Counted from the first letter of the stretch, positions 51,293 to 64,000 are shown. The stretch is 64,000 bases of DNA from Eledone cirrhosa (GCA_964016885.1 OZ024741.1:284208001-284272000); one strand, 5' to 3'. Numbers and translations are program-made. Notes: a model not told the origin generated them from the sequence alone.

Positions 51293-54200
51293 GGTCAAAT
51301 CGCAGCGGATCATCTAGGTCGTACCTAGATAGATTTTTAGTTAGAAATAAGGACAGGGACTTTTTAAGTTGTCCAGAAATGCTCATGGTTGGCTATTCAG
51401 ACCACAAGTTGGTGACCTGCATGGTCAACCTTGATAGAACGCATAGACAGGGCCCCGGTTACTGGAAGCTCAACTTGTCCTTGCCGGCAAGTAGAGCCTA
51501 CAGGAATCGGATTAGTACGTTAGTTAAGGAACGATTTACTGGAGCGATCGTCAACAGCAGGTGGTGGGTATCTCTAAAGAGAGAGATTAGAGTAGTCTCG
51601 ATAGAATTTAGTAAGGTTCTAGCTGCGGATAGGAATAGGAAGGAAAGGGAGCTAATAGATAGAGTAGAAGAGGCAATTAGAAGCGGCGACGTGGCCAGAG
51701 TGCTAGCGTCGAGAACGGCTTTGAGCCAGTTTTTCGACGCGAAGCACGAAGGCTGCGTTGTCCGAAGTAAAATACGTGCTCTAGGGAACGAGGGGACCAA
51801 AGCTGTTAGCTGGGCCCGCGTGACAGAGGCCAACAGTGGAACTAAATCCACTATCCGGTCTTTGCGAGACCTGGATGGACGGGCGATTCTTGAGCCTAGG
51901 CAGATGTGTGAGGCCTTTCAAAGGCACTTTGCCCGACTGTTCGGGAGGGGCGGGGAGCCGGTTGGGAACGTGGACTTCGGTCCATACCTCGACGGCCTGC
52001 CGCGTCTCTCGGACAGGGAGGCGAAGTCCTGCGAGGAGCCGATTTCGGCCGCTGAGATAGAGGACGTGCTGGGCCAATGCGGCAAACGCAAATCCCCGGG
52101 TCTCGATGGTCTTCCTTACGAATTATATCTAGCTATGCCGGACTTGTTTCCCGATCTCCTCGAGGCGGTCTACTGCAATTGGCAACAGAACGGGAGAATT
52201 CCCTGTACTGTGACCAAGGGCGTAGTCACGCTAGTGAGGAAGGACGAGAACAAGGGGGACGAAATAAGTAACTTCAGGCCCATAACTCTGCTAAATACAG
52301 AGTTACAGATTTTGGCCAAGGTGCTAGCAAAGAGGTTGGCGCTTGTCGTGGGCAACCTGGTGGGAGATGCGCAGACATGCGCTATCCCGTCCAGGTCCAT
52401 CCATGACAACCTCCACCTCATGCGATACATCATAGAGAGGGTTGGGAACGAACCCGGCTTTGGTGGGGCTCTGATCAACTTGGATCAATCTAAGGCGTTC
52501 GATAGGGTCGACCATGGTTACCTAGATGCGGTGCTAGCGGCGGTAGGCTTCGGACCCGTTTTCAGGGGCTGGATCACTGCTATGCACAGCAGCCGCATCT
52601 GCTCTAGGGTCAAGGTGAACGGCTACCTCTCGGAGCCGTTCAAAATCGCGCGGTCCATCCAACAAGGGTGCCCTCTCTCCTCCCTTCTGTATGTGTTGAC
52701 TCTCGAGCCACTACTGCGGAAGTTGGAGTTGTTGCAGGGCATCCCTTTGGAACCGGGATTGCGGAAAGCGGTGTCGGCCTACGCCGATGACGTGACAGTA
52801 ATGGTGTCGACGGCCTCCGAAATCGAGGCGGTCGGCACCTTACTGGAGGAGTACGAAAGGTTCACAGGGGCTAAGCTGAACCGGGACAAGTCGATCAGTT
52901 TGCAACTCGGCACGTGGAGGGGCAGACCGATGCCCTCCGATGGCGTCGTCGGACGCTGGACGGAGGGCCCGGTGAAGTTGCTCGGGGTCTGGTTCGGACC
53001 GGACCTCCAGGTGGAGAAAAACTGGGCGTTTGCACTGACCCAGAAGTGGGCCAGTTGCAAACTATCGCTGAAAGGTCGGGCGGAGGTGGCGAACACCTAT
53101 ATAGCGTCCGTCATCTACTACCGCCTGACCGTAGTGCCCTGCCCAAGGGAAACCCTCACCAAGATGGAGCGCGCGCTCTTCCAATTCCTTTGGAAGAGGC
53201 GGGCTCCTATGGTGAGGAGATCCATCTGCTGTCAACACCCTTCGAAAGGAGGGCTGGGGATGCCGTGGCTAATGATGCGTAAACACGCATTAAGGCTACG
53301 GCACCTCTACGTATTCCTCACCGGTCAACCGGTGTGGGCCTCGTTTGTGAGACGAACCTTTCCCAGACTCGTCTCACTCACCGAGCTGCAATCCTGGGTC
53401 AAGCAAAGACCGAGAAAACTGGGCGCCTGGCACTGAGTGTGCCCAGGCGCTCACCGCCCTCTGGCAGGCGGATCCGGTTATCAGTGGAGACTCCACCGCA
53501 ACATTCTATAGAGGGCTGGTACGCAGCAGGTGCGACGACGCCCTCGGAGAAGCCCTAGACATGGAGGAGGACGAACTGGCCAGCCTGTTCGGTAGGACAT
53601 TCGGCCCAGGACCTATGGACAACTTCCAGAAGTCCCTGGCCTGGCAGTGCTACCGAGGGGCTCTACCCGTTCGAGAAAAGCTCTACAGACACGGGCGCCC
53701 GGGTAGGGACCCCGCCAAAAAGATCTGTCCCAGATGCGTGTGCGACGAGGAAACCGTTGCACACGCATTGGTACACTGCTCGGGCGTAGCCGATCTGTGG
53801 GGCTATGTCGAACTGCTGTCAAGGGTGGGACCGATCCGGTTGACCACCGAGTCTATTGTAATGATCAAGCCGCCTCCCCCCTTCAAAGATGAAGGAGAGG
53901 CGGTGTTTCTGTGCGTAATAGCCATGGTGAAAGAAGTTGTATGGTGGACGCGTCTGAAAGGACTGAGGTCAGGCACCTTTCTCTCTGGCCAACAACTGGT
54001 CCGTTTCTTCCGATATCATTTCGGAAGAAGGATCAGGATGGAGAGAGAGGTGCTCCACCCCAGTCGTTTTTATGAAAGGTGGGTGAAAGTGGCGAGAATG
54101 GCCCGTGTGAATGGGCCTTCTCTTTACATAAGCCTGTAGGTGGAAAGGAGGAAGGAACGAGGGAGCACCCCCTCTCTGTGCTCCTGAGGAAAAGGGTTGC

Positions 54201-54401
54201 ACACTTTTTTCGGGGGTGTGTGCGACCCCCCAAGGCGCCTCCTCTCTATTGAGGATTTTGTTATAAATTTATTTTTTGTTATATTTTATTTTATTTTTAT
54301 ACTTTGTTATTACCTCCTCCTTATTGAGGACGCCTTTTTGTGTAAACTCCCCCCTTTGTACTTGTCCCACTTTTGATGCCCTGGTGGCAAATAAAAGAAA
54401 C
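51293..54401 (+). mobile_element. 5'-truncated Tx1-type LINE (end of APE, RT, C-terminal Zn region; one frameshift near 53432) in (CTAT)n
   Basis: SYLDR, SDH, KSPGLDG, NFRPITLLN, DQSKAFDRVDH, QGCPLS, YADD. Ends aataaaagaaacatatctatctat. Confidence 0.95.
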
Positions 54402-54416
54402 ATATCTATCTATATG

Positions 54417-54484
<68 letters not shown>

Positions 54485-54499
54485 ATTTCTCCTGTAATC

Positions 54500-54804
54500 C
54501 CATCAAAATATTTGATTATTTAGTCAATAAAAGTAGCAGCTCTATCTGGAGCAACTCTCTGATCTCCAAGCTACGCACTCTATCAAGTAACCTTACTCCA
54601 AAGCCTCTCCAGATGAACCCCATTTCAACTACTTGTATTTGCAATAATATCCTTTCAGACTATAGTTAAGGGTTGGCACAAACACCAAACTGTCCCCACA
54701 ACCCTCCCAGAAATAAGTGACTGAAGAAGAAGAAGAAGAAGAAGAAGAAGAAGAAGAAGAAGAAGAAGAAGAAGAAGAAGAAGAAGAAGAAGAAGAAGAA
54801 GAAG
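54500..54804. repeat. Small antisense RTE remnant followed by (GAA)n
   Basis: Similar to the reverse complement of 32560-32700. (GAA)n at 54723-54804. Confidence 0.6.
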
Positions 54805-55254
54805 CTAATACTACATGTCATCATGTATCTACCAGCTCTAAAGGGAAGTGCAACGTATACTCTCTTAACATTTTCTGGCAATTTCATTCAATATGGGAAT
54901 ACATCTAGTTGTTTGTAAGCGTACGATGTTAAGAGAAATATCACTGAAAATTTTTTCTAAAGAATCAAACCATGTCAACAAACTAAGAAAATTCAGTTTG
55001 TGTGCATATATATATAACCAAAAGTTTATATTGTTCGTTGATTATTCAACTAATTCAATTTTACAATAGATTAGAAGCACTCGACAAGAATTTATCTGGA
55101 GTATTTAATATTATTCAAAATATTAATAAATGAAAAATATTCTCCTAATCAAAATATATATTTTATTATACATATTTCAAAGGTACAATGGTGTTTCAGT
55201 ACGTAAAGCAAGGTAGAAATATAGAAGGGGAGTTGAAAGGGAAGGTGGGAAGAA

Positions 55255-55430
55255 AAAAGAATGGAAATAAAGAAAATAAGAAAAGGGAAGATGCGGAGAG
55301 AAAAGAAGGGAAATAAAGAAAAGAAGAAAAGGGAAGAGGCGGAGAAAAAAGAAGGGAAATAAAGAAAAGAAGAAAAGGGAAGAAGCGGAGAAAAAAGAAG
55401 GGAAATAAAGAAAAGAAGAAAAGGAAAAGG
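55255..55430. repeat. Purine-rich ~47-bp tandem repeat
   Basis: aaagggaaga.gcggagaaaa.agaagggaaataaagaaaa repeated ~3 times. Confidence 0.75.
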
Positions 55431-56299
55431 AAAGGATAAAATAAAGGGGAGAATAAAAAAAACCCGTTGTATTCAAATGCTAGACAAAATTAAAAATTAA
55501 AAATGTTCATATTATTTATCAGTGAATACCGCTTGTATTGGATTACGCTTTAGTTAATAATAAGGTTATATTATATCCAGATTATTGTGCATAGATTAAT
55601 TTCTATAGCAATCAAATATTTAAGTTTATTACAAATTTATATGCTTAAATTAATTTAATTTAATTTAGCTCTTTCTAGATTATGACTATGTTTTATTATA
55701 AGGTAAGATATTCTATTAACATTATACTGCAACATTAAAACAATTTATCTTTGATGCCTAATTAAATAACTATTAAATATGTATTAAAATATATTAAAAT
55801 GCATATATCCCCATCAATATATATAATATATTTTATTCATTTATTATCTAAATTAATTCAAAATTCACTTTATGTGAAACTTCGTTATTTTTTAATTTTC
55901 ATTTATTTTTAAAAATCTAACTGGCTATATTTACTCTCCGTAATCTTTATGTCACTTAATGAATGGTTATATTTACTTCAATACTTAATTATTCAAATAT
56001 ATATATAGTTTAATTTTAATGATAGTCTATGTATTATTAAAATATTAGTTATTATTTATTAATCTATATTTTATATATATATTTTTTTCTCAACCTAATA
56101 AAATTTACGGACAATGTAAACAAAAGGAAGATAACTCTTTTACAAAGTAAAAAATGTTATAACTTAGAGGGAATCTATTCCCTCGCGTCCACCGATATTT
56201 TAAGAACCTCAACATATCTAATGTATATATCTTAATTGATGTCTAATTAAATAGTGAGCTATCCTAATCAATTGGTAGGATAAAAAAACTCTCAATGAG

Positions 56300-56850
56300 G
56301 TTATGCTATTACATATAAATATCTATAAATTATTACTTCAATTAGGCAAAATTTACATGTATTCAAGGTGTTATTTGTCCTTTTTCTTTGGAACTGGTAC
56401 ATTGCCTGGAAAGTCTTACCAATTTTATGATGACAGCTACTAAATAATTCATTCTTTTTGTTGATTAAATTGTTATAGTTTGTGATTATGTGAAGTATTT
56501 CCTCATTGCAAAGATAGCAAAATTCTGAGATTGCAGAGTTCCGGTACGGGGGTAGCATGCGTAATTTTCTACAAGATGGAGTATTTAATGTTATTGTCTT
56601 TTAAAGACCATACTAATTGTGAAAGTGAAGTTGAAATTTTTTTATCCGGTCTATTAAAAGTATGTCTGTGATTATACCAACGGTCCTTAAATTTAGATGA
56701 AGTGGCACCTATGTAATTATATACATTACCATTTGCCTTAATGTTCATTTATGTACAAGATTTTTATCAAGGCAATTATTTTGTAAAGGGCATTTGGACC
56801 TATTTCTACAATTACATTTATTCTCATTGTTATTTACAAGTATTATACTA
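56300..56850 (-). mobile_element. GIY-YIG endonuclease remnant of a second Penelope-like family
   Basis: KCPLQNNCLDKNLV..YNYIGATSSKFKDRWYNH..CYLCNEE..LINKKNELFSSCHHK. Confidence 0.78.
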
Positions 56851-56945
56851 TCGCATTGCTATTTAAAGGCATTATACTATTATTTATGTTTAGACTATTA
56901 TTATTGTTATTTCTATTAATTAATATATTATTATTATTATTATTT

Positions 56946-57238
56946 GCATTTATCTTGCTTTATGTTCATACGAGTTATCACCAAGTCACAACCAGTGACC
57001 TCAAGAGACAACAAGGTCCGCCATGTTCAAGAAAGAACATACATATTCACACATGCATCCTTAGTGTTTAGACTTGTGATGTACTTATATTGACAGGATC
57101 TTCCTTAGTATATGGGAAGTTCCCATTAGTACTATCTTTTGTATTTCTCCTATACGCGGGTTTCCTGGGATTTGCGATAAGTAGTCGTTAGACCCCTTAG
57201 GTATCATTCCCAGAGCGCCTACAACCACTGGTATTGTT

Positions 57239-57240
<2 letters not shown>
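56946..57240 (-). mobile_element. 3' tip of a distinct R4/Dong-type element in (ATT)n
   Basis: TIPVVVGALGMIPK..EIQKIVLMGTSHILRKILSI*, then a 3' UTR and (TAA)n. Confidence 0.8.
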
Positions 57241-57306
<66 letters not shown>

Positions 57307-60300
57307 TGAGTCTCAGTCATTGATGTTAGTTAACTGGAAAGTTTGTTGAAATGAATATCAAGCCACTACCTGCAGCCTCAGATATTCAGGACGTATCGGA
57401 GGGTTCTTGCTGTTCCCAGCAAGCATGCCTTTTGAAGCGTTCCAAAAAGCGTGAAGGGGCCAATTTTCTTTAACCATCCCTGGAAACTTTTTGAGATAGT
57501 CCCTAGAGCGCCTATGACAATCGGGATCACTTTGACTTCATGGCAGTTCCAAATCCTTTTTACCTCCCACTTTAAGTCCTGGTATCGGTTAATTTTCTCC
57601 CTCTCCTTCTCTTGCACTCTCGTGTCGAATGGGCAGGCCACATCCACAATCAGGCACGATCTTTTTTCTTTGTCCACAACCACCAGGTCAGGTCTATTGT
57701 GTTCCAGTTTCTTGTCCGTCTGTATCCTAAAATCCCACAGCACCTTCACCTGATTGTTTTCTATCACCGACTCTGGCTTATGCTCATACCACTTCTCAGA
57801 ATGTGGTAAATTGTTTACTTTGCATAGGTGCCAGTGGATCACCCTGCCCATCACATCATGTCTCCAGCCCTTATAGTGAGTCTGGGCTAGGTGTTTACAC
57901 TCGGATACAATGTGAGCCACAGTCTCCTCTCTCTCTCCACAGATCCTGCACAGTGGGCTAGCCTCTTCCTTGTAAATATGGTGTTTCAACCACTTCGTTT
58001 TGAGGGCCTGCTCCTGCGCAGCCATTAACATTCCTTCTGTAGCCTTTTTAAGGTCTCCTCTTTTCAACCAGTTCCATGTCTGTGGATCTCTAAATTCAGT
58101 TTTCTCAAAGAAGGTACTATGAAGGGATTTTCCCTGAAGGCTGCTCTTTCTCCTTGATGTTATTTCCTCCTTGGACATCCCCTGGTCTATTGTCCCCTCC
58201 TTCAGTACAGTTCTGAGCATTGGTTCCTTACTATCAGTCACGTATTTGTGTAGGTTGTTTTTCTCCATCTGAACACAGTCCTCTATGCTGATAAGACCTC
58301 TTCCACCTTCAGATCTCCCTAAGTAGAGTCTATCGACATCACCCCTCTTGTGGAACATGTTGTAGATAGTCAATAGCTTCCTAGTCTTCCTATCCATTTC
58401 TTTTTGTTCAGCAACATTCCATCTCAGAATTCCCGCACTGTACCTAATAATAGACACAGCTCGGGAATTTACTGCACTTATGGCATTCCTACTGTTCAGA
58501 TGTGACTTTAATACGCTCTTTACTCTCCGAATGTATTCAGTTCTTATCAATTCCTTCATTTTTTTGTTCTTGATGTCATCAGCCTCCAGAACACCGAAAT
58601 ACTTGTATCCTTCTTCAGAGTCAATTTCCTTTATCATCTCACCTGTTGGTACCTGGATTCCGTTACTTCTGCTCAATTTACCCCTCTTCATCACAATGAC
58701 TCCACACTTACTAATACCAAATTGCATACATATATCATTGCTGAAAATACGGACAGTGTCAACAAGCACATCCAACTCCTTCTCACTCTTCCTGAAGAGC
58801 TTAAGATCGTCCATGAAGAGGAGGTGATTGATGGTAAGCCCTCCCTTTCCCAACCTGTATCCTGCTCTCACTTTTCGCAGTACACTGGTCAGGGGCATCA
58901 GGGCAAGGACAAACAACAGAGGGGACAGACTATCTCCCTGGAAGATACCTCTCTTGATCTTCACGATTCCCAAGGATTCTCCAGTTGATGTTAACTCTGT
59001 TTCCCAGGACTTCATACTTTTGCCCAACAACTGTCTGATGTTATCTGCCACCTTGAAGATCTCCAGGCTTTTGGTGATCCAAGAATGAGGCACCATGTCA
59101 AATGCCTTTTTGTAGTCTATCCATCCCATGGCAAGATCAGTGTGTATCCTCTTGCAATTCCTCATTACCATCTTATCAATAAGTAACTGGTCCTTTGTAC
59201 CACGTGACTTCTTTCGGCGTCCTTTCTGTTCGTCCGGTAACAAGTTGTTTGTGTGGAGGTGATGGTAGATTTTCTCAGACATAATGCTTGTCAACAGTTT
59301 CCACATTACGGACAGACATGTGATAGGTCTATAGTTGGTAACATCATTACCCTTGATTCGGTCTTTCATTATCAGAACTGTGGTACCTTTTGTCAACCAC
59401 TCTGGTACCTCACCTGACATCAAGCAGTCATTGAACATGGTTGTCAGTTTCGGGTGGAGGGATGTTATATTTTTAATCCAATACCCCTGCACACCATCTG
59501 GGCCTGGTGATTTCCAGTTGGTTAGTTTTTTGGCCTGCCCCTTAATAGTTTCAACTGTGATACTCAAATCAGTTTGTTGGTGTGCCTGTTCACTAATCTC
59601 CTTCTGTACTGTCTCAATCCACACTGCCTGGTCATTATGTTTAACATCCTGCTCCCATATTCCTCTCCAGAATGTTTTAGTTTGTTCCGCCTCAGGGATC
59701 AAGTCGTTGCCTCTTTCTTTCCCTTCAAGCTGTCCAAACAGCAGCATCTTCTGGTTGTTGTCGAACATGCGGTTCTGTCTATACTGACTGACTCTGTTCT
59801 CGTATCGCCTGATTTTTGCACACTTTGCTACAATGCGTTGCTTCAGTTCTTCTATGATAATATTTAGCTTTTTCCTCCTAGTTTTGTACTTTATTTCCAG
59901 TCTATTTTTAGTGTCTATGTTTTTTAGTGTCCCATTCAGTAGGGACTCAAGCTTTCCAATGTCATTTCTCATTTCCCTGATTTGACCACTCAGTCGTTTC
60001 TTCCACCAAGGCTCTGATCTTTCTTGTCTGTTGTTTCCTCTCGCTTTTATACCAAGTAGTTTCCTCACCGTATTTGCTGTTGCTTTGAGGATATTGTTGC
60101 ACTGGTGAAGGCTCCTCGCCTCAAGGTATAGGATGACTTTGTTTACCTTAGCTGTTGTTTCTTTTAACTTTTTCCTGTCTACAAATCTTAGGTTCATAGG
60201 TTTCCCACTATCATTGTTCAATTCATCTACCACTAAGTTTAGGATATCAACCAAATCTTGTCCTAGCCCGTCAGCATTCATCTCCTCAGTGGCCGTATCT

Positions 60301-60830
60301 CTGTTCCAGGTATTATTTATCTCAGCATTCAGATCATTGTCTGCTTCGGGTGGTTCCTCCGTTCTCTCAACCTCTTCACCTTCATTTCCCACTGGCTCGT
60401 TTGCCTGGCATACTCCACATCTCCATATCCAAGCTAATCTCTCTGCTCAGTTCCTCCAGTTCCAGCTCGCTTATCCACCCATTAGTTCTTATTACCCGAG
60501 CCTGCCCGGCCAATTTTTGTTCATCTCATTTAAATAGACCAATCTCGTTCCAGATGTTATGCATCCGTTTCCTCTCGCCTTTCTCCTTGGGGTTACTCTT
60601 CAGGTAACATTGCATAACAGTTTTATTCAATTCTTTCGCCCAGTTGGTTTTGGTCCCTTTCCTTCTTCTTCTTCCTCCGACACCAGGAGTATTTGGTTGA
60701 CAGCCAGGTCCCTGCTGCTGAGCCAGGGAGCACCTGTTGGGTGAGAGTCTGTCACATGACATTCTAGTCTCCATTTCACCGTTATTCGAACTGTTTAGGT
60801 TCGACTTTTAAACACTCTTATCGAGGATGG
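57307..60830 (-). mobile_element. Near full-length R4/Dong-type RLE non-LTR retrotransposon with its 3' end in (ATT)n
   Basis: Single long ORF with RT, CCHC and a restriction-like endonuclease. Upstream ORF piece 60526-60774. Short 3' UTR joined to (TAA)n. Confidence 0.93.
57378..60392 (-). CDS. RT-RLE polyprotein (1004 aa open; N-terminus frameshifted)
   Basis: WKSPGPDG, NYRPITCL, DYKKAFD, GIFQGDSLSP, FMDDLK, CRICGEREETVAHIVSEC, RPDLVVVD..IVDVACP..EKINRY. Confidence 0.9.
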   Translation of the reverse strand: MGNEGEEVERTEEPPEADNDLNAEINNTWNRDTATEEMNADGLGQDLVDILNLVVDELNNDSGKPMNLRFVDRKKLKETTAKVNKVILYLEARSLHQCNNILKATANTVRKLLGIKARGNNRQERSEPWWKKRLSGQIREMRNDIGKLESLLNGTLKNIDTKNRLEIKYKTRRKKLNIIIEELKQRIVAKCAKIRRYENRVSQYRQNRMFDNNQKMLLFGQLEGKERGNDLIPEAEQTKTFWRGIWEQDVKHNDQAVWIETVQKEISEQAHQQTDLSITVETIKGQAKKLTNWKSPGPDGVQGYWIKNITSLHPKLTTMFNDCLMSGEVPEWLTKGTTVLIMKDRIKGNDVTNYRPITCLSVMWKLLTSIMSEKIYHHLHTNNLLPDEQKGRRKKSRGTKDQLLIDKMVMRNCKRIHTDLAMGWIDYKKAFDMVPHSWITKSLEIFKVADNIRQLLGKSMKSWETELTSTGESLGIVKIKRGIFQGDSLSPLLFVLALMPLTSVLRKVRAGYRLGKGGLTINHLLFMDDLKLFRKSEKELDVLVDTVRIFSNDICMQFGISKCGVIVMKRGKLSRSNGIQVPTGEMIKEIDSEEGYKYFGVLEADDIKNKKMKELIRTEYIRRVKSVLKSHLNSRNAISAVNSRAVSIIRYSAGILRWNVAEQKEMDRKTRKLLTIYNMFHKRGDVDRLYLGRSEGGRGLISIEDCVQMEKNNLHKYVTDSKEPMLRTVLKEGTIDQGMSKEEITSRRKSSLQGKSLHSTFFEKTEFRDPQTWNWLKRGDLKKATEGMLMAAQEQALKTKWLKHHIYKEEASPLCRICGEREETVAHIVSECKHLAQTHYKGWRHDVMGRVIHWHLCKVNNLPHSEKWYEHKPESVIENNQVKVLWDFRIQTDKKLEHNRPDLVVVDKEKRSCLIVDVACPFDTRVQEKEREKINRYQDLKWEVKRIWNCHEVKVIPIVIGALGTISKSFQGWLKKIGPFTLFGTLQKACLLGTARTLRYVLNI

Positions 60831-62279
60831 GCGAATGTATGGTTACATAACCACCGGTGATTTCATCACCTCCGGTGATTTCGTCACTCCCGGTGATTTT
60901 TGTGTGGCATTACCACGCTGTAGACGGACATAAATAAACAAATAAACAAACAGGCAACCCCCCCCCCCAATGAATAAGCATAAGTTTCATTGTAATGTAA
61001 TGTTTGAATGTCTGACTTAGTTTTTCCCTTCCCTTCTCTGTCCGTCTGTTTGTTTTTCTCTTCATTTTTCTTTTCTTTACGTTTTTCGTTGTTGCTGTGC
61101 TGCTTTGATTTTGCTTTTTGGTTTTTTGATTTTGACCGGGTCATCAATTCAGTCTATTTATATATTTTGATGCCTCCTCTTTTAGCGGGGACACTACGAT
61201 GTAGCAGGGGGTTACGGGAGAGAATAGCGGCGGTAGTGATAATGAGGCAGTGGTGGTGGTGGTGGCGGTGCTGTGCTAGCAGCACCTAGCAGGAGGTAGT
61301 GGGAGAGAATAGCGGCGGTAGCGATAATGAGGCAGTGGTGGTGGTGATGTGATCGTAGTACTGTAGTGATGGTGTTGAAGTTGGAGTAGAAATAGCGGTT
61401 GAGGCGACTTGACCAGAGTTTTCATCGTGGTAGTGGTGGTGATGTTGGTGGTGAAATTATCTTTAGCTATTTAGCTATTTAGTCATTTTGCCATTTTTCT
61501 CCTTTTCGACTCTAACATTCCTGATCCAAAATTAAATATTAATCTTGTTTATTAATTTTATTAATATTGTCTAGTGATACCGCCACCTTCCCCTTTCGTA
61601 AGTTAACAGAAGGTAATGGGGGAATAGCGGTGGTAGCGGTGGTGATGGGATAGTGGTAGTAATGATGGATGGGTGGTGGCGGCGGTGACTGTAGTGATGG
61701 CGTTGTCGTTACTGAGTTTTGTTGAATAGTCTGTATTTTTGTTTGATCGGTGAATCTATGGGGTTAGTCGCGTATATGTGTTGACATATTTTCTTAATAT
61801 TGGAATTAAACATTTTGTTAAGACTTGAGACAATAATAATAGTAATTATAATTATTATGCTGGGATTGGTGATGGTGGTGGTGAAATTGCCGTTATCTGG
61901 CTGTTGTATTTAGTGTACACAGAGGAGTGATGGGGTAGGTGGTGTATCTAGTTTGTGGTGTTGGTGAAATTGCTGTTATTTGGCTGTTCTATATAGTGTA
62001 GACAGAGGGGGTTTTCTTCCATTTATAACCATTTTCTTTTTTGAATGTAAAATGTATATTACAAAATTGAATATTTGAGCGATATAACAATATATTATGG
62101 ATCCGAATCTTCTCGAGGCTTGAGTCTGGTGCTTTATGCATCATTTGTACTAAGAATTGTTATTTCAAAATTGATTTAAATATGTTAAAAATCAAAAACT
62201 TACGGGAGCGATTTCATGACCTTCTTTCCACCATGTGCGTCTTCTTCCCTATTATTATTATTATTATTGTTGTTATTCC

Positions 62280-63989
62280 TTGAATCTCAGTCATTGATGT
62301 TGGTTAACTGGAAAGTCCGTTGGAATGAATATCAAGCCACTACCTGCAGCCTCAGATATTCAGGACGTATCGGAGGGTTCTTGCTGTTCCCAGCAAGCAT
62401 GCATTTTGAAGCGTTCCAAAAAGCGTGAAGGGGCCGATTTTCTTTAACCATCCCTGGAAACTTTTGGAGATAGTCCCCAGTGCGCCTATGACAATCGGGA
62501 TCACTTTGACTTCATGGCAGTTCCAAATCCTTTTTACCTCCCACTTTAAGTCCTGGTATCGGTTAATTTTCTCCCTCTCCTTCTCTTACACTCTCGTGTC
62601 GAATGGGCAGGCCACATCCACAATCAGACACGCTCTTTTTTCTTTGTCCACAACCACCAGGTCAGGTCTATTGTGTTCCAGTTTCTTGTCCGTCTGTATC
62701 CTAAAATCCCACAGCACCTTCACCTGATCGTTCTCCATCACCGCCTCTGGTCTATGCTCATACCATTTCTCAGAATGTGGTAAATTGTTTACTTTGCACA
62801 GGTGCCAGTGGATCACCCTGCCCATCACATCATGTCTCCAGCCCTTATAGTGGGTCTGGGCTAGGTGTTTACACTCGGATACAATGTGAGCCACAGTCTC
62901 CTCTCTCTCTCCACAGATCCTGGACAGTGGGCTAGCCTCTTCCTTGTAAATATGGTGTTTCAACCACTTCGTTTTGAGGGCCTGCTCCTGCGCAGCCATT
63001 AACATTCCTTCTGTAGCCTTTTTGAGGTATCCTCTTCTCAACCAGTTCCATGTCTGTGGATCTCTAAATTCAGTTTTCTCAAAGAAGGTACTATGAAGGG
63101 ATTTTCCCTGAAGGCTGCTCTTTCTCCTTGATGTTATTTCCTCCTTGGACATCCCCTGGCCTACTGTCCTCTCCTTCAGTACAGTTCTGAGCATTTTCTC
63201 CTTACTATCAGTCACGTATTTGTATAGGTTGTTTTGCTCCATCTGAACACAGTCCTCTATGCTGATAAGACCTCTTCCACCTTCAGATCTCCCTAAGTAG
63301 AGTCTATCGACATCACTCCTCTTGTGGAACATGTTGTAGATAGTCAATAGCTTCCTAGTCTTCCTATCCATTTCTTTTTGTTCAGCAACATTCCATCCCA
63401 GAATTCCTGCACTGTACCTAATAATAGACACAGCTCGGGAATTTACTGCGCTTATGGCATTTCTGCTGTTCAGATGTGACTTCAATACGCTCCTTATTCT
63501 CCGAATGTATTCAGTTCTTAACAATTCCTTCATTTTTTTGTTCTTTATGCCATCAGCCTCCAGAACGCCCAAATACTTGTATCCTTCCTCAGAGTCAATT
63601 TCCTTTATCATCTCACCTGTTGGTATCTGGATTCCGTTACTTCTGCTCAACCTACCCCTCCTCATCACAATGACTCCACACTTACTAATACCAAACTGCA
63701 TACATACATCACTGCTGAAAATACGGACAGTGTCAACAAGCACATCCAACTCCTTCTCACTCTTCCCGAAGAGCTTAAGATCGTCCATGAAGAGGAGGTG
63801 ATTGATGGTAAGCTCTCCCTTTCCCAACTTGTATCCTGCTCTCACTTTTCGCAGCATAATGGTCAAGGGCATCAGGGCAAGGACAAACAACAGAGGGGAC
63901 AGGCTATCTCCCTGGAAGATACCTCTCTTGATCTTCACGCTTCCCAAGGATTCTCCAGTTGATGTCAACTCTGTCTCCCAGGACCCCAT
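62280..63989 (-). mobile_element. 5'-truncated second copy of the R4/Dong-type element, flanked by (ATT)n on both sides
   Basis: Highly similar to 57307-59010. Premature stop at ~62586. attattatt at both junctions. Confidence 0.93.
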
Positions 63990-64000
63990 TATTATTATTA

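Noticed and set aside
50009-51300. Shared GGTC at the 5' junctions of both truncated Tx1 copies as a special added motif
   Set aside because: At 51293 it is explained by normal coding sequence (W-S-N-R) with microhomology to the CTAT tract. Two cases are too few.

Overview
Repeat-dense animal genomic DNA. The MetaSINE-type SINE, abundant (TA)n/(ATT)n microsatellites and a mollusc-type membrane-protein domain suggest a cephalopod such as octopus (inference). Only one host gene fragment is recognisable: two + strand exons (28843-30792 and 33201-33526) of a mucin-like, single-pass membrane protein. The rest is nested transposons: a decayed Helitron, Tx1/L1-type LINEs, RTE LINEs, R4/Dong-type RLE retrotransposons, a Naiad-type Penelope-like element (PLE), a Gypsy LTR element, a pogo-type DNA transposon, SINEs and fold-back elements. 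The most striking signal, not visible in the ORF track, is a dense set of small non-coding elements carrying type I hammerhead ribozymes (HHRs): about nine sequence families and more than 20 intact or decayed motifs, mostly inserted in (TA)n. The best case is a ~3.9 kb palindrome of a highly structured 311-bp unit with 12 complete HHRs (45669-49580). Its inversion junction overlaps the predicted self-cleavage site. Two other HHR elements show the same circularly permuted, inverted architecture. This fits retrozyme-like circular or multimeric RNAs mobilised by PLE machinery. All calls come from reading the sequence; no searches or folding programs were run.
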